NCBI GenBank assembly: GCA_964356795.1
Contig: CAYHIK010000005.1
Location: 10,767-74,766 of the forward strand
Direction: 5' to 3'
DNA from: an uncultured Candidatus Saccharibacteria bacterium
GTDB taxonomy: Bacteria; Patescibacteriota; Minisyncoccia; 2-02-FULL-40-12; GWA2-44-9
Length of the DNA stretch: 64,000 nt
Part shown: piece after piece, positions 50,270-60,348 of the stretch
How positions within the stretch are numbered: the stretch's first letter is position 1
Layout of the letters: each line of letters starts with the position of its first letter
Notes under the pieces: model-generated
The model's database searches: none
Told to the model about the DNA's origin: nothing
What the model saw: only the letters and a program-made list of their open reading frames with translations
Translations under genes and position numbers: made by a program

Positions 50270-50692
50270 ATGGCAAAGAAAGTAAAAACAATAGTAAAGC
50301 TGCAAGTCGAAGGTGCTCGTGCAACGCCAGCGCCACCAGTGGGTGCCGCACTTGGACCGCACGGTATTAACTTGCAGCAGTTCGTACTTCAGTTCAATGA
50401 AGCTACCAAGGACAAGGCTGGCCAGGTGACTCCGGTTGAGATTACGATTTACGAAGATCGTACATTCGAATTCAAGCTGAAGACTCCTCCCGCAGCATAC
50501 CTCCTCCGTGTAGCCGCAGGATTGGAGAAGGGAAGCGGAGAGCCCAACAAAAAGAAAGTTGGCACCGTGACCAAAGAACAGCTTCGCAAAATCGCTGAGC
50601 AGAAGATGGAAGACCTCAATGCCAACGACGTCGAAGCCGCGATGCTCATCATCGGCGGTACAGCCCGCTCCATGGGAATCGAGATTAAGTAA
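50270..50692 (+). CDS. rplK: 50S ribosomal protein L11.
   Basis: [34 protein letters not shown] conserved N-terminus. Confidence 0.9.
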   Translation: MAKKVKTIVKLQVEGARATPAPPVGAALGPHGINLQQFVLQFNEATKDKAGQVTPVEITIYEDRTFEFKLKTPPAAYLLRVAAGLEKGSGEPNKKKVGTVTKEQLRKIAEQKMEDLNANDVEAAMLIIGGTARSMGIEIK

Positions 50693-50712
50693 AGAATTGC
50701 CCCTGTGCAAAA

Positions 50713-50739
50713 CCCCTCCTTGTGGAGGGGTTTTGCTTT
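50713..50739 (+). terminator. Rho-independent terminator directly after rplK.
   Basis: CCCCTCC-ttgt-GGAGGGG stem followed by TTTTGCTTT. Confidence 0.6.
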
Positions 50740-50778
50740 GCTATGCTGATGGTCCAGTTCTTTTTTGTGGAGGCGAAA

Positions 50779-51417
50779 ATGTTCATCTTGTTCGAAGGAC
50801 AAGAGGGTGTCGGCAAGACAACGATTGCGAGGCGATTCGTCGAAGCATTGACGGTGCTTGGTATTACGCCCCTTGCGGTTCGTGAGCCCGGGGGTACCGA
50901 GGCTGGTGCGGCGATTCGTGAAGTTCTGCTGAATCCTACGAGCAAGCTGACAGCACTCGCAGAGTTCTTCCTGCTTCAGGCATCACGGGCACAGTTGCTG
51001 AAGGAAAGGGTTGAGCCAGAGCTCTTCCGTGGTGGCGTCGTCGTGATGGATCGCTACTCGCTTTCGACGCTGGCATATCAAGTCGCGGGCCGCGGGCTTC
51101 CGTTGGCCCCTGTGCTCTCGACGTTGGACTTCGCTACCGGTCGCCTCATTCCCGACATCACGATTCTGCTGACGGCAAGCGTTGATGTGGGGCACGCTCG
51201 TCAGGCACAGATGAAGAAGGTGGCAGACAGGTTCGAGGCCGAAGAGGAGGCGTTCCATCAGCGGGTGCACGATGGGTACCGTTCGTTTGCGGCCGTATTG
51301 CCCAAGTGGAATATCAGGACCATCGACACTAACTCGCTGAGCGAGGATGAAGTGTATTGGCGTGTGGTGCAGGAAATTGCCAAAGTCTGGCAGCCAGCGA
51401 TGAAGCTGGTGCGGTGA
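50779..51417 (+). CDS. tmk: Thymidylate kinase.
   Basis: P-loop FEGQEGVGKTT, DRY-like motif DRYSLS and lid region. Trimmed to ATG 50779, which has GGAGG 8 nt upstream. Confidence 0.85.
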   Translation: MFILFEGQEGVGKTTIARRFVEALTVLGITPLAVREPGGTEAGAAIREVLLNPTSKLTALAEFFLLQASRAQLLKERVEPELFRGGVVVMDRYSLSTLAYQVAGRGLPLAPVLSTLDFATGRLIPDITILLTASVDVGHARQAQMKKVADRFEAEEEAFHQRVHDGYRSFAAVLPKWNIRTIDTNSLSEDEVYWRVVQEIAKVWQPAMKLVR

Positions 51418-51475
51418 GCGGGGGCACGCGGCCCCCGTTTTTTTTCGGCAAAAAGCGTGCTACAGTACCCTGTAC

Positions 51476-52942
51476 ATGACTGAATACAGCACCACCATTG
51501 GACTTGAGATACATGCGGAGCTCAACACGAACACAAAGATGTTTTGTGATTGTGCGAATGATTCACTCGAGAAGACGCCAAATATGAACGTATGTCCCGT
51601 GTGTATGGCGCATCCAGGTGCGCTACCCGTGATGAACCGTGCGGCAATTCAGAAGATTGTCGCGGTTGGCCTTGCACTCGGATGTTCTATTGAGAAGGCA
51701 TCATTCTTTGAGCGTAAGAATTATTTTTACCCCGACCTTCCGAAGGGGTATCAAATCTCCCAATTTCAGGTGCCGTTTTGTCGTGAAGGCTCGCTGACCG
51801 TGAATGGGAAAAAGATTCGTATCGAGCGCATTCATATGGAAGAAGACGCCGGGAAGTTGATGCATGAACCAGGGAGTGATTATTCGCTCGCAGACTACAA
51901 CCGCGCAGGTGTTCCATTGATGGAGCTGGTGACGCACCCTGATTTATCAGAAGCAGAAGACGTGCGTCGATTCGCGACAGAGCTCCAGCTCATCCTTCGC
52001 TACCTTAAAGCATCAGATGCGGATATGGAAAAAGGCCAGATGCGCGTCGAGGTAAACCTCTCTATCCGTCCGAAGGGGCAAAAAGAATACGGCACCAAGG
52101 TTGAGGTGAAGAATATTAACTCTATTTCTGCTGCGGCAAAGTCAGCTGACTATGAAGTGAAGAGACAGATGGACGTCCTTGAGTCTGGTGGCGCACTCGT
52201 GCAAGAAACACGTGGCTGGGATGATGTGAATCAAAAGACGGTAAGTCAGCGCGTAAAGGAGGGAAGCGCTGATTATCGATACTTCCCAGAACCCGACCTT
52301 CCGCCCGTCGTTCTTACCGATGAAGAGATAGAAGCGATTCGCGCTTCACTTCCCGAGCTTCCCGCAGCCCGTCGTGAGCGATTCGTGCGTGAATATGGAG
52401 TCCCTGCGGCTGACGTAGAGATTCTCACGGTGTTTAAAGAATTAGGAGATTATTTTGAAATGGTGGTTTCGGAATTAAGATCAGAGCATAATCCCATTAC
52501 AGGTGAGGCGGCTGATTACGGAAAACTCGCGAAGACGGCGGCGAACTGGCTTATCACGCAGCTTCAGCCAAAACTTTTTGCGGTGTCTGCGAATCCACAG
52601 GATACCAAAATCACCCCCGCGCTCTTTGCTGACTTCGTGGTACGCGTCGCATCAGGGCAGATTGGAAGCACTGCTGCGCAAACAGTGTTGCAGGAGATGT
52701 GGGAGACGGGCGAGGATCCCGAGGACATCATCAAAGCAAAAGACCTCGCACAGGTATCTGATTCGGTTTCATTGAATGTATTCGTGGAAGATGCGATTGC
52801 GCAATCGGAGCGGGCTGTGGCCGATTTCAAGGCTGGCAAAGAGCCCGCACTCAAAGCAATCGTCGGCAAGGCGATGATGCTCTCCAAGGGCAAGGCAAAC
52901 CCGCAATCTGTGGAGCAACTCCTCCGAGAGAAGCTAAAGTAG
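51476..52942 (+). CDS. gatB: Asp/Glu-tRNA amidotransferase subunit B.
   Basis: N-terminal GLEIHAELNT...KMFC.C and the overall GatB/YqeY architecture. Confidence 0.9.
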   Translation: MTEYSTTIGLEIHAELNTNTKMFCDCANDSLEKTPNMNVCPVCMAHPGALPVMNRAAIQKIVAVGLALGCSIEKASFFERKNYFYPDLPKGYQISQFQVPFCREGSLTVNGKKIRIERIHMEEDAGKLMHEPGSDYSLADYNRAGVPLMELVTHPDLSEAEDVRRFATELQLILRYLKASDADMEKGQMRVEVNLSIRPKGQKEYGTKVEVKNINSISAAAKSADYEVKRQMDVLESGGALVQETRGWDDVNQKTVSQRVKEGSADYRYFPEPDLPPVVLTDEEIEAIRASLPELPAARRERFVREYGVPAADVEILTVFKELGDYFEMVVSELRSEHNPITGEAADYGKLAKTAANWLITQLQPKLFAVSANPQDTKITPALFADFVVRVASGQIGSTAAQTVLQEMWETGEDPEDIIKAKDLAQVSDSVSLNVFVEDAIAQSERAVADFKAGKEPALKAIVGKAMMLSKGKANPQSVEQLLREKLK

Positions 52943-52944
52943 CT

Positions 52945-53383
52945 TCTTCATCGCATTGGCGGAATGCCTTTGTTCGGTACGACTATCGCTCGCTGGTGCG
53001 AGCGCGTCTCACCCTCGGCTCGTCAGCCTGCGAGAGCCCTCCCAAAGGCACTCCGCCACTGCTCTTCAGTCTCTCGTTTTTCTCTGGGAGGAATCTTTTG
53101 CCGGCGTACCTTTACGAGGACTTTCGGAGGCCGACTGGGCCGAGAACGAGACGGCCCGCCAGTAAGGCGGGAACGTCGTGCCGAGTAGGGGTATGCCGGC
53201 GGAAAGATTCCTAATGTGTGGCTGTGGATAACTTTTATTGAACTTAGCTGCGAGGGGCGTAGGGTGTAGGTGGGATTCAGAAGACGGAAGGTCAGCCGTA
53301 AGGGGAAGCCGATAGTGTGCAACAAAACTATATTGCTTCTGGGTCCCACACAAAGAACCACGCTCGTGGCTCTTTGTGTTTTT
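52945..53383 (+). ncRNA. Candidate ~430-nt noncoding structured RNA region (no plausible ORF) ending in a strong intrinsic terminator; identity unassigned.
   Basis: All ORFs in this region are short and low-complexity. Several local hairpins are present (CCCGCC-agtaa-GGCGGG; CTCGC-tggt-GCGAG), with long-range complementarity GGAATCTTTT-GCCGGC ... GCCGGC-GGAAAGATTCC spanning ~130 nt. Terminator CACAAAGAaCCACG..CGTGGcTCTTTGTG+TTTTT at 53349-53383. Confidence 0.25.
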
Positions 53384-54317
53384 ATAGGGAATTTTCTACA
53401 CGCCTCACCGCATCTTCTGCTGTCTTAACCCACTGAATGTCTTTGTTTTTGCGCCACCAGGTGAGCTGGCGTTTGGCGTAGGCGATGATGTCGTGGAGAA
53501 GTGCGGTGCGCATTTCGGTGCGTGTGATGTTGCGCTGCAGGAATCGTGCGACCCAGCGATACTCAAGTCCGAATCCTTCGAGTCGTTTCCAGCTTACGCC
53601 GTTGGCACGGAGTTCTTTGATTTCAGCTATCATGCCGATGCGGAGGCGCGCATCGAGGCGTTTTTCAATGCGAGTTTTCAACTCATCCATGGGGCGAGAG
53701 ACGCCGAGATACAGAAGTTCGTAGCTCGTAGCTGGCAGGCGGATAGGGGGGACGGGTTTGCCTGTAGTCATGACAATCTCTAGCGCACGAATGAGTCGTA
53801 CATGATTATGACGATCAATTGAGCGGGCACGAGCTGGGTCGAGTTTTTTGAGTTTAGAAAAAAGTTGGGGTGCGGAGAATTTTTGGAGTTGCGCTCGGAG
53901 CTTTGCATTCGGTTTTACTTCTGGGATTGATTGCCCGTATACAAGCGCATCAATCCAGAATCCTGTGCCACCGCAAATGATTGGAGTCTTACCGCGTCGT
54001 GTGATATCGCGAATTGCCTTTTTGGCATCGCGCACGAAATGGGCCACCGTGTATTGGCGCGTAGGGGAGGCGACGTCGAGGAGCCAGTGTCGCGCGAGTT
54101 TTTGCTCGCGCTTGGTAACTTTTCCGGTACCGATATCCATGCCACGGTAAACCTGCCGGGAATCGGCGGAAATGATTTCGCCATTGCAGTTTCGAGCAAT
54201 CTGAATTGCCATATCTGATTTTCCAGATGCGGTCGGCCCAGATACTACAATAAGTTTTACTTTTTTGCCTTCTTTACCTTTTTGCATAAGCGTGGCATAG
54301 TATAGCTCTTCGTTCAT
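53382..54317 (-). CDS. miaA: tRNA dimethylallyltransferase.
   Basis: P-loop VVSGPTASGKS and the conserved ISADSRQVYRGMDIGT motif. Confidence 0.9.
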   Translation of the reverse strand: MNEELYYATLMQKGKEGKKVKLIVVSGPTASGKSDMAIQIARNCNGEIISADSRQVYRGMDIGTGKVTKREQKLARHWLLDVASPTRQYTVAHFVRDAKKAIRDITRRGKTPIICGGTGFWIDALVYGQSIPEVKPNAKLRAQLQKFSAPQLFSKLKKLDPARARSIDRHNHVRLIRALEIVMTTGKPVPPIRLPATSYELLYLGVSRPMDELKTRIEKRLDARLRIGMIAEIKELRANGVSWKRLEGFGLEYRWVARFLQRNITRTEMRTALLHDIIAYAKRQLTWWRKNKDIQWVKTAEDAVRRVENSL

Positions 54318-54336
54318 TGAACTTCAAGGAGGCGCT

Positions 54337-54936
54337 ATGCAGAGATGGTGGGTGTCGTGGCCAATCGCCGCGGCAGCAGTCATCACGCTCGTAAACGTCG
54401 AATTGATTCTTATCCCCCTGCTCGTTGGTGTTGGGGTGACTGGCCTCACGCTGTTTGCTATCACATCGGTTGCGTCGGCGGCGGAAGTGACGTACTGGTA
54501 CTGGTTTGCGGGATGGATTGGAAGGCAGGCGTCATTCATTCCCGTCGTTCAGTCCACAGTATCCGATTTCACGGGGCAGGGGCTCACAGGGCTTGTGCGC
54601 GCGCAGTTTGCCCGAGTCCATATGCTCATGCTTGAGATTTGGAATTGGTTCGTGGGCCATGTTCAGTCGCAAATGCAGGCGAGTAGCCCCATTCCGCGTT
54701 GGCTCTTAGCCTGCGCGCTGGACATCATCCGAACGAGTCCCATTTGGATGATGTATCCATTGATGATTGGATTGGGGCTGTGTCCGCTCGGATGGATTCC
54801 CGGGATTCTGATTTGCAGAAAACATCGAGTGCGTGGAGCGTTCACTACGCTTCTCGTGCTTAACGCAATTAAGACCTATGGAATCGGTCTCGGATGGACG
54901 GCGCTCCTCGACGTCGTACGACAACTGTTCGCCTGA
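54337..54936 (+). CDS. Hypothetical polytopic membrane protein.
   Basis: Multiple hydrophobic helices, Trp-rich. Confidence 0.45.
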   Translation: MQRWWVSWPIAAAAVITLVNVELILIPLLVGVGVTGLTLFAITSVASAAEVTYWYWFAGWIGRQASFIPVVQSTVSDFTGQGLTGLVRAQFARVHMLMLEIWNWFVGHVQSQMQASSPIPRWLLACALDIIRTSPIWMMYPLMIGLGLCPLGWIPGILICRKHRVRGAFTTLLVLNAIKTYGIGLGWTALLDVVRQLFA

Positions 54937-54971
54937 TAACTCAAGAGCCCACTCGTGGGCTCTTTTTACGT

Positions 54972-56756
54972 TTATGCGTGACTCGTAATTTCTTGATTGA
55001 GCATTGAGAGGAATGCCTCGATAGGCATTTGTCCCAAATCTTCGCCACCACGCTTTCGCACGGAGACGACGCCAGCTGCGATATCTTTATCGCCGATGAT
55101 GAGTGCGTAGGGGACTTTCATCGTCTCGGATGCACGAATCTTTTTTCCGATGGTGTCGTTGTCTGCGCGCACCTCTACGCGAATACCTGCAACCTTGAGC
55201 TCGCGTGCAATGCTCGCTGTGTGCTCGATGTGTTTCTCGGAGATAGGGAGTACGGAGACCTGCACGGGAGAGAGCCAGAGGGGGAATACGCCAGCGGTGT
55301 GCTCGATGAGGAGTGCCATGAATCGCTCAATTGAGCCCATGATAGCTGCGTGAATCATCACGATGCGTTCCTTCTCGCCCTTTTCATTTGCGCAGGTGAG
55401 ATCGAATCGCTCCGGCATGTTCATGTCGAGCTGGATGGTTGCGACCTGATGCTCTCGTCCGATGGCGTCTCGTCCCATGAAGTCTAGCTTCGGACCGTAG
55501 AATGCAGCCTCGCCGAGGCCGTCGAGTGCTTCAACTTGCTTATCTGCGATAATTGAGCGAAGGATGTCTTCTGCTGAATCCCAGTTGCTCGCATCACCAA
55601 GATACTTCTCAGGATGTGCCGGATCGCGGAGCGAAAGTCGAACTCGAAGCGGAATTTTGAACGCACCGTAGAACTCATGGATAATATCCCACACATGCAG
55701 GGCTTCCTCTTTCACTTGGTTCATTCGGCAGAAGACGTGTGCATCGTCCTGTGTAATTGAAAGGACTCGCGTGATACCAGAGAGCTCACCTGACTGCTCA
55801 TCGCGGTAGACCATTGTGGTGTTCGCGTAGCGCTGGGGGAGTTCACGATAGCTATGAGGGCGTCGTGCATAAATCTGCGTATGATGGGGGCAGTTCATCG
55901 GCTTCATCGCAAACTCATGCTTCTCGCGCGTGGTAATCTTGAACAAGTCGTCTTTGTATTTGTCCCAGTGGCCACTCTTCATGTAGAGCTCTTTTTTGGT
56001 GATGTGCGGAATTTCGACTCGCTCATATCCGCGTGCGCTTCGAAGTGACCACACGAAGTTGTCGAGAAGATTACGCACGAGCGTGCCCCGAGGCGTCCAG
56101 AGGGTGAGACCCGAGCCAATTAATTCGGAGAACGTGAAAAGGTCGAGCTGGATACCGAGCACTTTGTGGTCGCGCTTCTTCGCCTCTTCGAGCATAGTTG
56201 CGTGCTGTGTGAGCGATTCGGCAGTCTCGAATGCAAAGCCGTAGATGCGGGTGAGCATTTTGTTCTTCTCATCTCCGCGCCAGTATGCGCCCGCGAGCTT
56301 GTCGAGCTTGAATGAATTCGGATCTATCTCGGACGGATTCTCGACGTGGCCACCACGGCACAGGTCGGTGAACTCACCCGATGTGTAGAGGGTAATCTTC
56401 TCGCCCTTTGCTACGATTTCATCGACGAGCTCGAGTTTGTAGGGGTTATTGGCAAATACCTCGCGCGCTTCATCGGCGGAGACTTCTTTGTGTGCAAACT
56501 CCTTCCATGTGGGGAGCATCTTTTTCATCTCCGCTTCGATGGCGGGGAGCGCTTCATCAGAGATGGGGGACGAGAATTCGAAATCGTAGTAAAAGCCCGT
56601 ATCAATGGCAGGTCCAATTGTGCGCTTGGCATCGGGATACTGCTTAAGTACTGCTGCCGCGAGGAGGTGGGCAAGTGAATGCCGGATATGCTCGATATTC
56701 TGTGTCATGGGCGCAGAATACCAGATATTGCGGCCAACGGAAAGCCCTATTGACAT
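54972..56756 (-). CDS. thrS: Threonyl-tRNA synthetase (form lacking the N-terminal TGS domain).
   Basis: N2/editing-domain start (HIRHSLAHLLAAAV), class II core motifs and a C-terminal anticodon-binding domain. The true start may be ATG 56708 (MTQNIEH). Confidence 0.9.
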   Translation of the reverse strand: MSIGLSVGRNIWYSAPMTQNIEHIRHSLAHLLAAAVLKQYPDAKRTIGPAIDTGFYYDFEFSSPISDEALPAIEAEMKKMLPTWKEFAHKEVSADEAREVFANNPYKLELVDEIVAKGEKITLYTSGEFTDLCRGGHVENPSEIDPNSFKLDKLAGAYWRGDEKNKMLTRIYGFAFETAESLTQHATMLEEAKKRDHKVLGIQLDLFTFSELIGSGLTLWTPRGTLVRNLLDNFVWSLRSARGYERVEIPHITKKELYMKSGHWDKYKDDLFKITTREKHEFAMKPMNCPHHTQIYARRPHSYRELPQRYANTTMVYRDEQSGELSGITRVLSITQDDAHVFCRMNQVKEEALHVWDIIHEFYGAFKIPLRVRLSLRDPAHPEKYLGDASNWDSAEDILRSIIADKQVEALDGLGEAAFYGPKLDFMGRDAIGREHQVATIQLDMNMPERFDLTCANEKGEKERIVMIHAAIMGSIERFMALLIEHTAGVFPLWLSPVQVSVLPISEKHIEHTASIARELKVAGIRVEVRADNDTIGKKIRASETMKVPYALIIGDKDIAAGVVSVRKRGGEDLGQMPIEAFLSMLNQEITSHA

Positions 56757-56778
56757 TGTATCAACTATATGATAATAT
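56750..56778 (+). promoter_or_regulatory. Sigma70-like promoter consensus (TTGACA-N17-TAATAT) on the plus strand between thrS and dnaE.
   Basis: Near-consensus -35/-10 with 17-bp spacing; the -35 overlaps the annotated thrS start codon on the opposite strand. Confidence 0.3.
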
Positions 56779-56899
56779 TAATTCCAGTAGCACGCATAGG
56801 CGTCGGTCGCCCCGCGCGCCACGGGGCATCATTAGTAACCCTAGAACTCAGAGGAGGACAAGGGAATGGTGCCAGATCCCGGCAGTCCGCCGCGTGTGA

Positions 56900-56936
56900 G
56901 CGGGAGTAGCAACGAATCGCTACTCCCGCTTTTTGT
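56900..56936 (+). terminator. Strong plus-strand intrinsic terminator, also immediately 3' of dnaE on the minus strand.
   Basis: GCGGGAGTAGC-aacgaat-GCTACTCCCGC followed by TTTTTGTTT on the plus strand; A-tract on the other side. Confidence 0.5.
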
Positions 56937-56938
56937 TT

Positions 56939-59900
56939 CTACGCCACAATAGCGATGGGCTTCGCGGTATCGCAGAGGAACTTCATCGAGCCGTCGCGGT
57001 TATCGATTTTGCCAGCCAGTACGACGACGGTATTTGGCGCCCACGCATTGGGCGTTTTTTCGAGCACGGAGGGGAAGACCACAACTTCAATCTTTGCGGA
57101 GAGATCTTCAATAACGGAGAAGAGCATCGGCTTGCCAGTTTTGGTGACGATGCGCTTGGTGCTGGTAACGATTCCTGCAATTTTTGCCTGTACTCCCTGG
57201 AGGGGTTTCAAATTTTTAATTGGAGTTGGCCGCTCAAGTGCAAGCCGCGCCTCATACTCTGAAAGTGGGTGATCGCTCACGTACAAGCCGATGAGTTCTT
57301 TTTCCCAGCGGAGGCGGTCGGGCTTGGTCGCTGGTTCGGCGAATGCGAGTTTCACGGGCGGGAGCTCCGCTTCCATGGCATCACCGAAGAGACTAACCTG
57401 CCCAGCGGTGGAGTGCCTCTGCTTTTCCTTCGCATGAAGTATGAGTGTGTCGACGTTCGCAACGAGCATTGCGCGCTCGCCCATTGAATCGAGTGCGCCA
57501 CATTTTGCGAGCGTCTCAAGGGCTTTGCGCGTCATGTCTTTGTGTTGGACGCGCGTGATGAGTTCATCGATGCCAGCAAACGGACCGCTCCCGCGTCGCT
57601 CCGTGATAATCGCTGATACGACAGTCGCTCCGATATTTTTAACCGCAGTTAGACCGAATCGAAGTGATGGCTTCTCAGCGCGCTGAATGACCGTGAAACG
57701 CTCAAAGCTTTCATTGATGTCGGGGGGTAAGACAGCGATTCCCATTTGGCGCGCCTCATCTACGAGAAATGCGATACGTTCGATGTCGCCCGTTTCCGAA
57801 TTCATGAATGCCGCCATGAATTCACTTGGATAATTTGCCTTCAAGTACGCGGTTTGATACGCAACCATCGCATAGCATGCGGCATGACTTCGGTTGAATG
57901 CATAGCGGTTGAACGGTTCGACGAGCTCCCAGAATTTATTCGCCACTGCTTCGGGGGTTCCCATGGTGGCGCATCCGCTTTTGAACTTTCCCTCTTGTTC
58001 GTCGAGAAGTGATTTAATCTTTTTCCCGACCGCTTTTCTCATGACGTCCGCTTCTGCGAGCGTGAATCCTGCGAGTGCGCGCACTGCTGCCATGAGTTGC
58101 TCTTGATACACCATGACGCCGTAGGTGTTCTTCATGATTGGTTCGAGCGCCGAATGGAGATACTCAACGCGTTGGCGACCGTGTTTGCGCTCGACGTAGT
58201 CGGGGATAAGGTCCATCGGGCCTGGGCGATACAGTGCGACCATTGCGATGATATCTTCGATATCGGTAGGTTTGAGCTCTTTGAGATATCGCTTCATGCC
58301 CGATGATTCGAGCTGGAATACGCCAGTGGTATTGGCGCGCTGAAGGAGTTTGAACGTGGGGGCGTCGTTGAGCGGTATTGTGTCGATGTTGACGTCGATG
58401 TCGTGGTTTTCGCGCACCATATTGAGCGTGTCTTCGATGATGGTGAGGTTTGCAAGCCCGAGGAAGTCCATCTTGAGGAGTCCCAAGTCTTCGACGGCGT
58501 GCATTTCGTATTGCGAGATGATGTCGCCTTCATGGGTGCCCTGCTGGAGGGGAACATAGTGCGAGAGCGGTTCGGGGGTAATCACAACTGCGCACGCGTG
58601 CGTGCTGGCGTGCCGCGCAACACCCTCGAGTTTGCACGCGGCATCAATGAGGGCCTTTGCTTGCGGATCTGATTGGTAGAGCTGTTTTACTTCATCTTGC
58701 GTCTCGACACAGTGGAGAAGGAATGGCTTCCCATCGCGTTTGCCGGGATAATCGGGCACGGGGCCGCCAGGAATGACTTTCGCAATCTTGTCGCAGAAGT
58801 CATAGGTGTATCCGAGCGCACGTCCTGCATCGCGGAGGCTTCCGCGTGCCGCCATTGTTCCGAATGTGATGATTTGAGCGACGTGGTCTGCTCCATATTT
58901 CTGGGATACGTATTTCAAGACCTCACCACGACGAGCGTCGGCGAAATCGAGGTCGATATCAGGCATCGAGATGCGAGCAGGATTGAGGAATCGCTCAAAC
59001 AGGAGGTTGTACTTGAGGGGGTCGACGTTGGTGATATTGAGAAGGAATGAGAGGAGTGAGCCGGCTGCAGATCCGCGTCCTGGCCCCACAAAGATGCCTT
59101 GTGACTTCGCCCAATTCACAAAGTCTTGCACAATGAGGAAGTAGCCCGAGAATCCCGTTTCCTTGATGACTCCGAGTTCGTATTCAAGTCGCTCGATGGT
59201 TGCCGAATCTGGTTCGACACCATATCGGCGTGTCAGTCCCTGATATGCAAGTGCCCGTACGTATTCAAATGCGTCAGTGTATTCCTTGGGGAGGGGGAAG
59301 CTTGGGAGTTGGAGCGTGCCAAGCTCGAGCTTCACATCGCATCGGTCGGCGATTGCGAGGGTGTTTGCGAATGATTCCTCGATGACATCCGCAGGGAGTG
59401 AGCTGAACTTTTCGCGCATAGTATCTCCTGAGCAGAATGAGAAATCATCTTGGTTCATGGAGAACCGCTTCTCATCGTGAATAGTGTTGCCCGTTTGCAC
59501 CGCAAGCAGAATGTCTTGCGCAGTGGCGTCCTCGGGCGTGCAGTAGTGAGAGTCTTGGGTGGCAACAAGCGGAATGCCGAGCTCTCGTGCGAGGGCCACG
59601 AGTTTCGGCGTCATTTCGTTTTGTTCGGGCATCTTGGTGTGCTGTTGGAGCTCGATGAAGAAATTTCCTTCTCCCATGATGTCGACGTATTCTCGGGCGA
59701 TTGTCTTCGCCTTATCTTCGGCGCCCACCATAAGTGCTTGAGATATTTCTCCTCCGAGACACGATGAGAGCGCGATGAGGCCATCGTGATGCTCGCGAAG
59801 AATTGCCTTATCGATGCGGGGCTTGTAGTAGAATCCTTCCAGATGCGCCGCAGTCACGAGCTTGATGAGATTGCGGTATCCCACCATGTCTTTGGCAAGC

Positions 59901-60181
59901 AAGATGAGGTGCCAGCGCTTGTCGCCATCGATACCTGGTTGTTTGTCGTGTCGAGATTTATCGGTGATATACATCTCGCATCCGATGATTGGCTTGATGC
60001 CGGCTTTGGTGGCTTTTTTGTAAAACTCAATCGCACCATACAGCACTCCATGATCGGTAAGTGCCATGGAGGTCATGCCATGCTCCTTGGCGCGCTTCAC
60101 GAGCGCGTCAATTTTGCTCAATCCATCGAGGAGCGAGTAGTGAGAGTGTGTGTGTAGGTGGACGAAGGGTGTGGCGGTCAT
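56939..60181 (-). CDS. dnaE: DNA polymerase III alpha subunit.
   Basis: N-terminal PHP domain (HLHTHSHYSLLDG), polymerase core motifs and OB fold; 1080 aa. Confidence 0.9.
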   Translation of the reverse strand: MTATPFVHLHTHSHYSLLDGLSKIDALVKRAKEHGMTSMALTDHGVLYGAIEFYKKATKAGIKPIIGCEMYITDKSRHDKQPGIDGDKRWHLILLAKDMVGYRNLIKLVTAAHLEGFYYKPRIDKAILREHHDGLIALSSCLGGEISQALMVGAEDKAKTIAREYVDIMGEGNFFIELQQHTKMPEQNEMTPKLVALARELGIPLVATQDSHYCTPEDATAQDILLAVQTGNTIHDEKRFSMNQDDFSFCSGDTMREKFSSLPADVIEESFANTLAIADRCDVKLELGTLQLPSFPLPKEYTDAFEYVRALAYQGLTRRYGVEPDSATIERLEYELGVIKETGFSGYFLIVQDFVNWAKSQGIFVGPGRGSAAGSLLSFLLNITNVDPLKYNLLFERFLNPARISMPDIDLDFADARRGEVLKYVSQKYGADHVAQIITFGTMAARGSLRDAGRALGYTYDFCDKIAKVIPGGPVPDYPGKRDGKPFLLHCVETQDEVKQLYQSDPQAKALIDAACKLEGVARHASTHACAVVITPEPLSHYVPLQQGTHEGDIISQYEMHAVEDLGLLKMDFLGLANLTIIEDTLNMVRENHDIDVNIDTIPLNDAPTFKLLQRANTTGVFQLESSGMKRYLKELKPTDIEDIIAMVALYRPGPMDLIPDYVERKHGRQRVEYLHSALEPIMKNTYGVMVYQEQLMAAVRALAGFTLAEADVMRKAVGKKIKSLLDEQEGKFKSGCATMGTPEAVANKFWELVEPFNRYAFNRSHAACYAMVAYQTAYLKANYPSEFMAAFMNSETGDIERIAFLVDEARQMGIAVLPPDINESFERFTVIQRAEKPSLRFGLTAVKNIGATVVSAIITERRGSGPFAGIDELITRVQHKDMTRKALETLAKCGALDSMGERAMLVANVDTLILHAKEKQRHSTAGQVSLFGDAMEAELPPVKLAFAEPATKPDRLRWEKELIGLYVSDHPLSEYEARLALERPTPIKNLKPLQGVQAKIAGIVTSTKRIVTKTGKPMLFSVIEDLSAKIEVVVFPSVLEKTPNAWAPNTVVVLAGKIDNRDGSMKFLCDTAKPIAIVA

Positions 60182-60348
60182 GGCATAATAAAACCCCTCG
60201 TAAGGGGAATATGAAATTGGCAGGGGCGGCGGTCCATGGGGGCATTGTAGCCCTATGTGGCCGGGGGCTCAATGTTGACAGTGTGGGGATTGCAAATAAA
60301 TGTTTTTGTGGTATAACTTGTCTGTTCGTTTCACGAAAGGAGTCGACC

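Noticed and set aside
52956-53361. Several 69-112-aa ORFs on both strands in the region after gatB.
   Set aside because: They are low-complexity (Arg/Ser/Pro-rich) translations with no RBS or coherent codon usage. The region is better explained as noncoding structured RNA.
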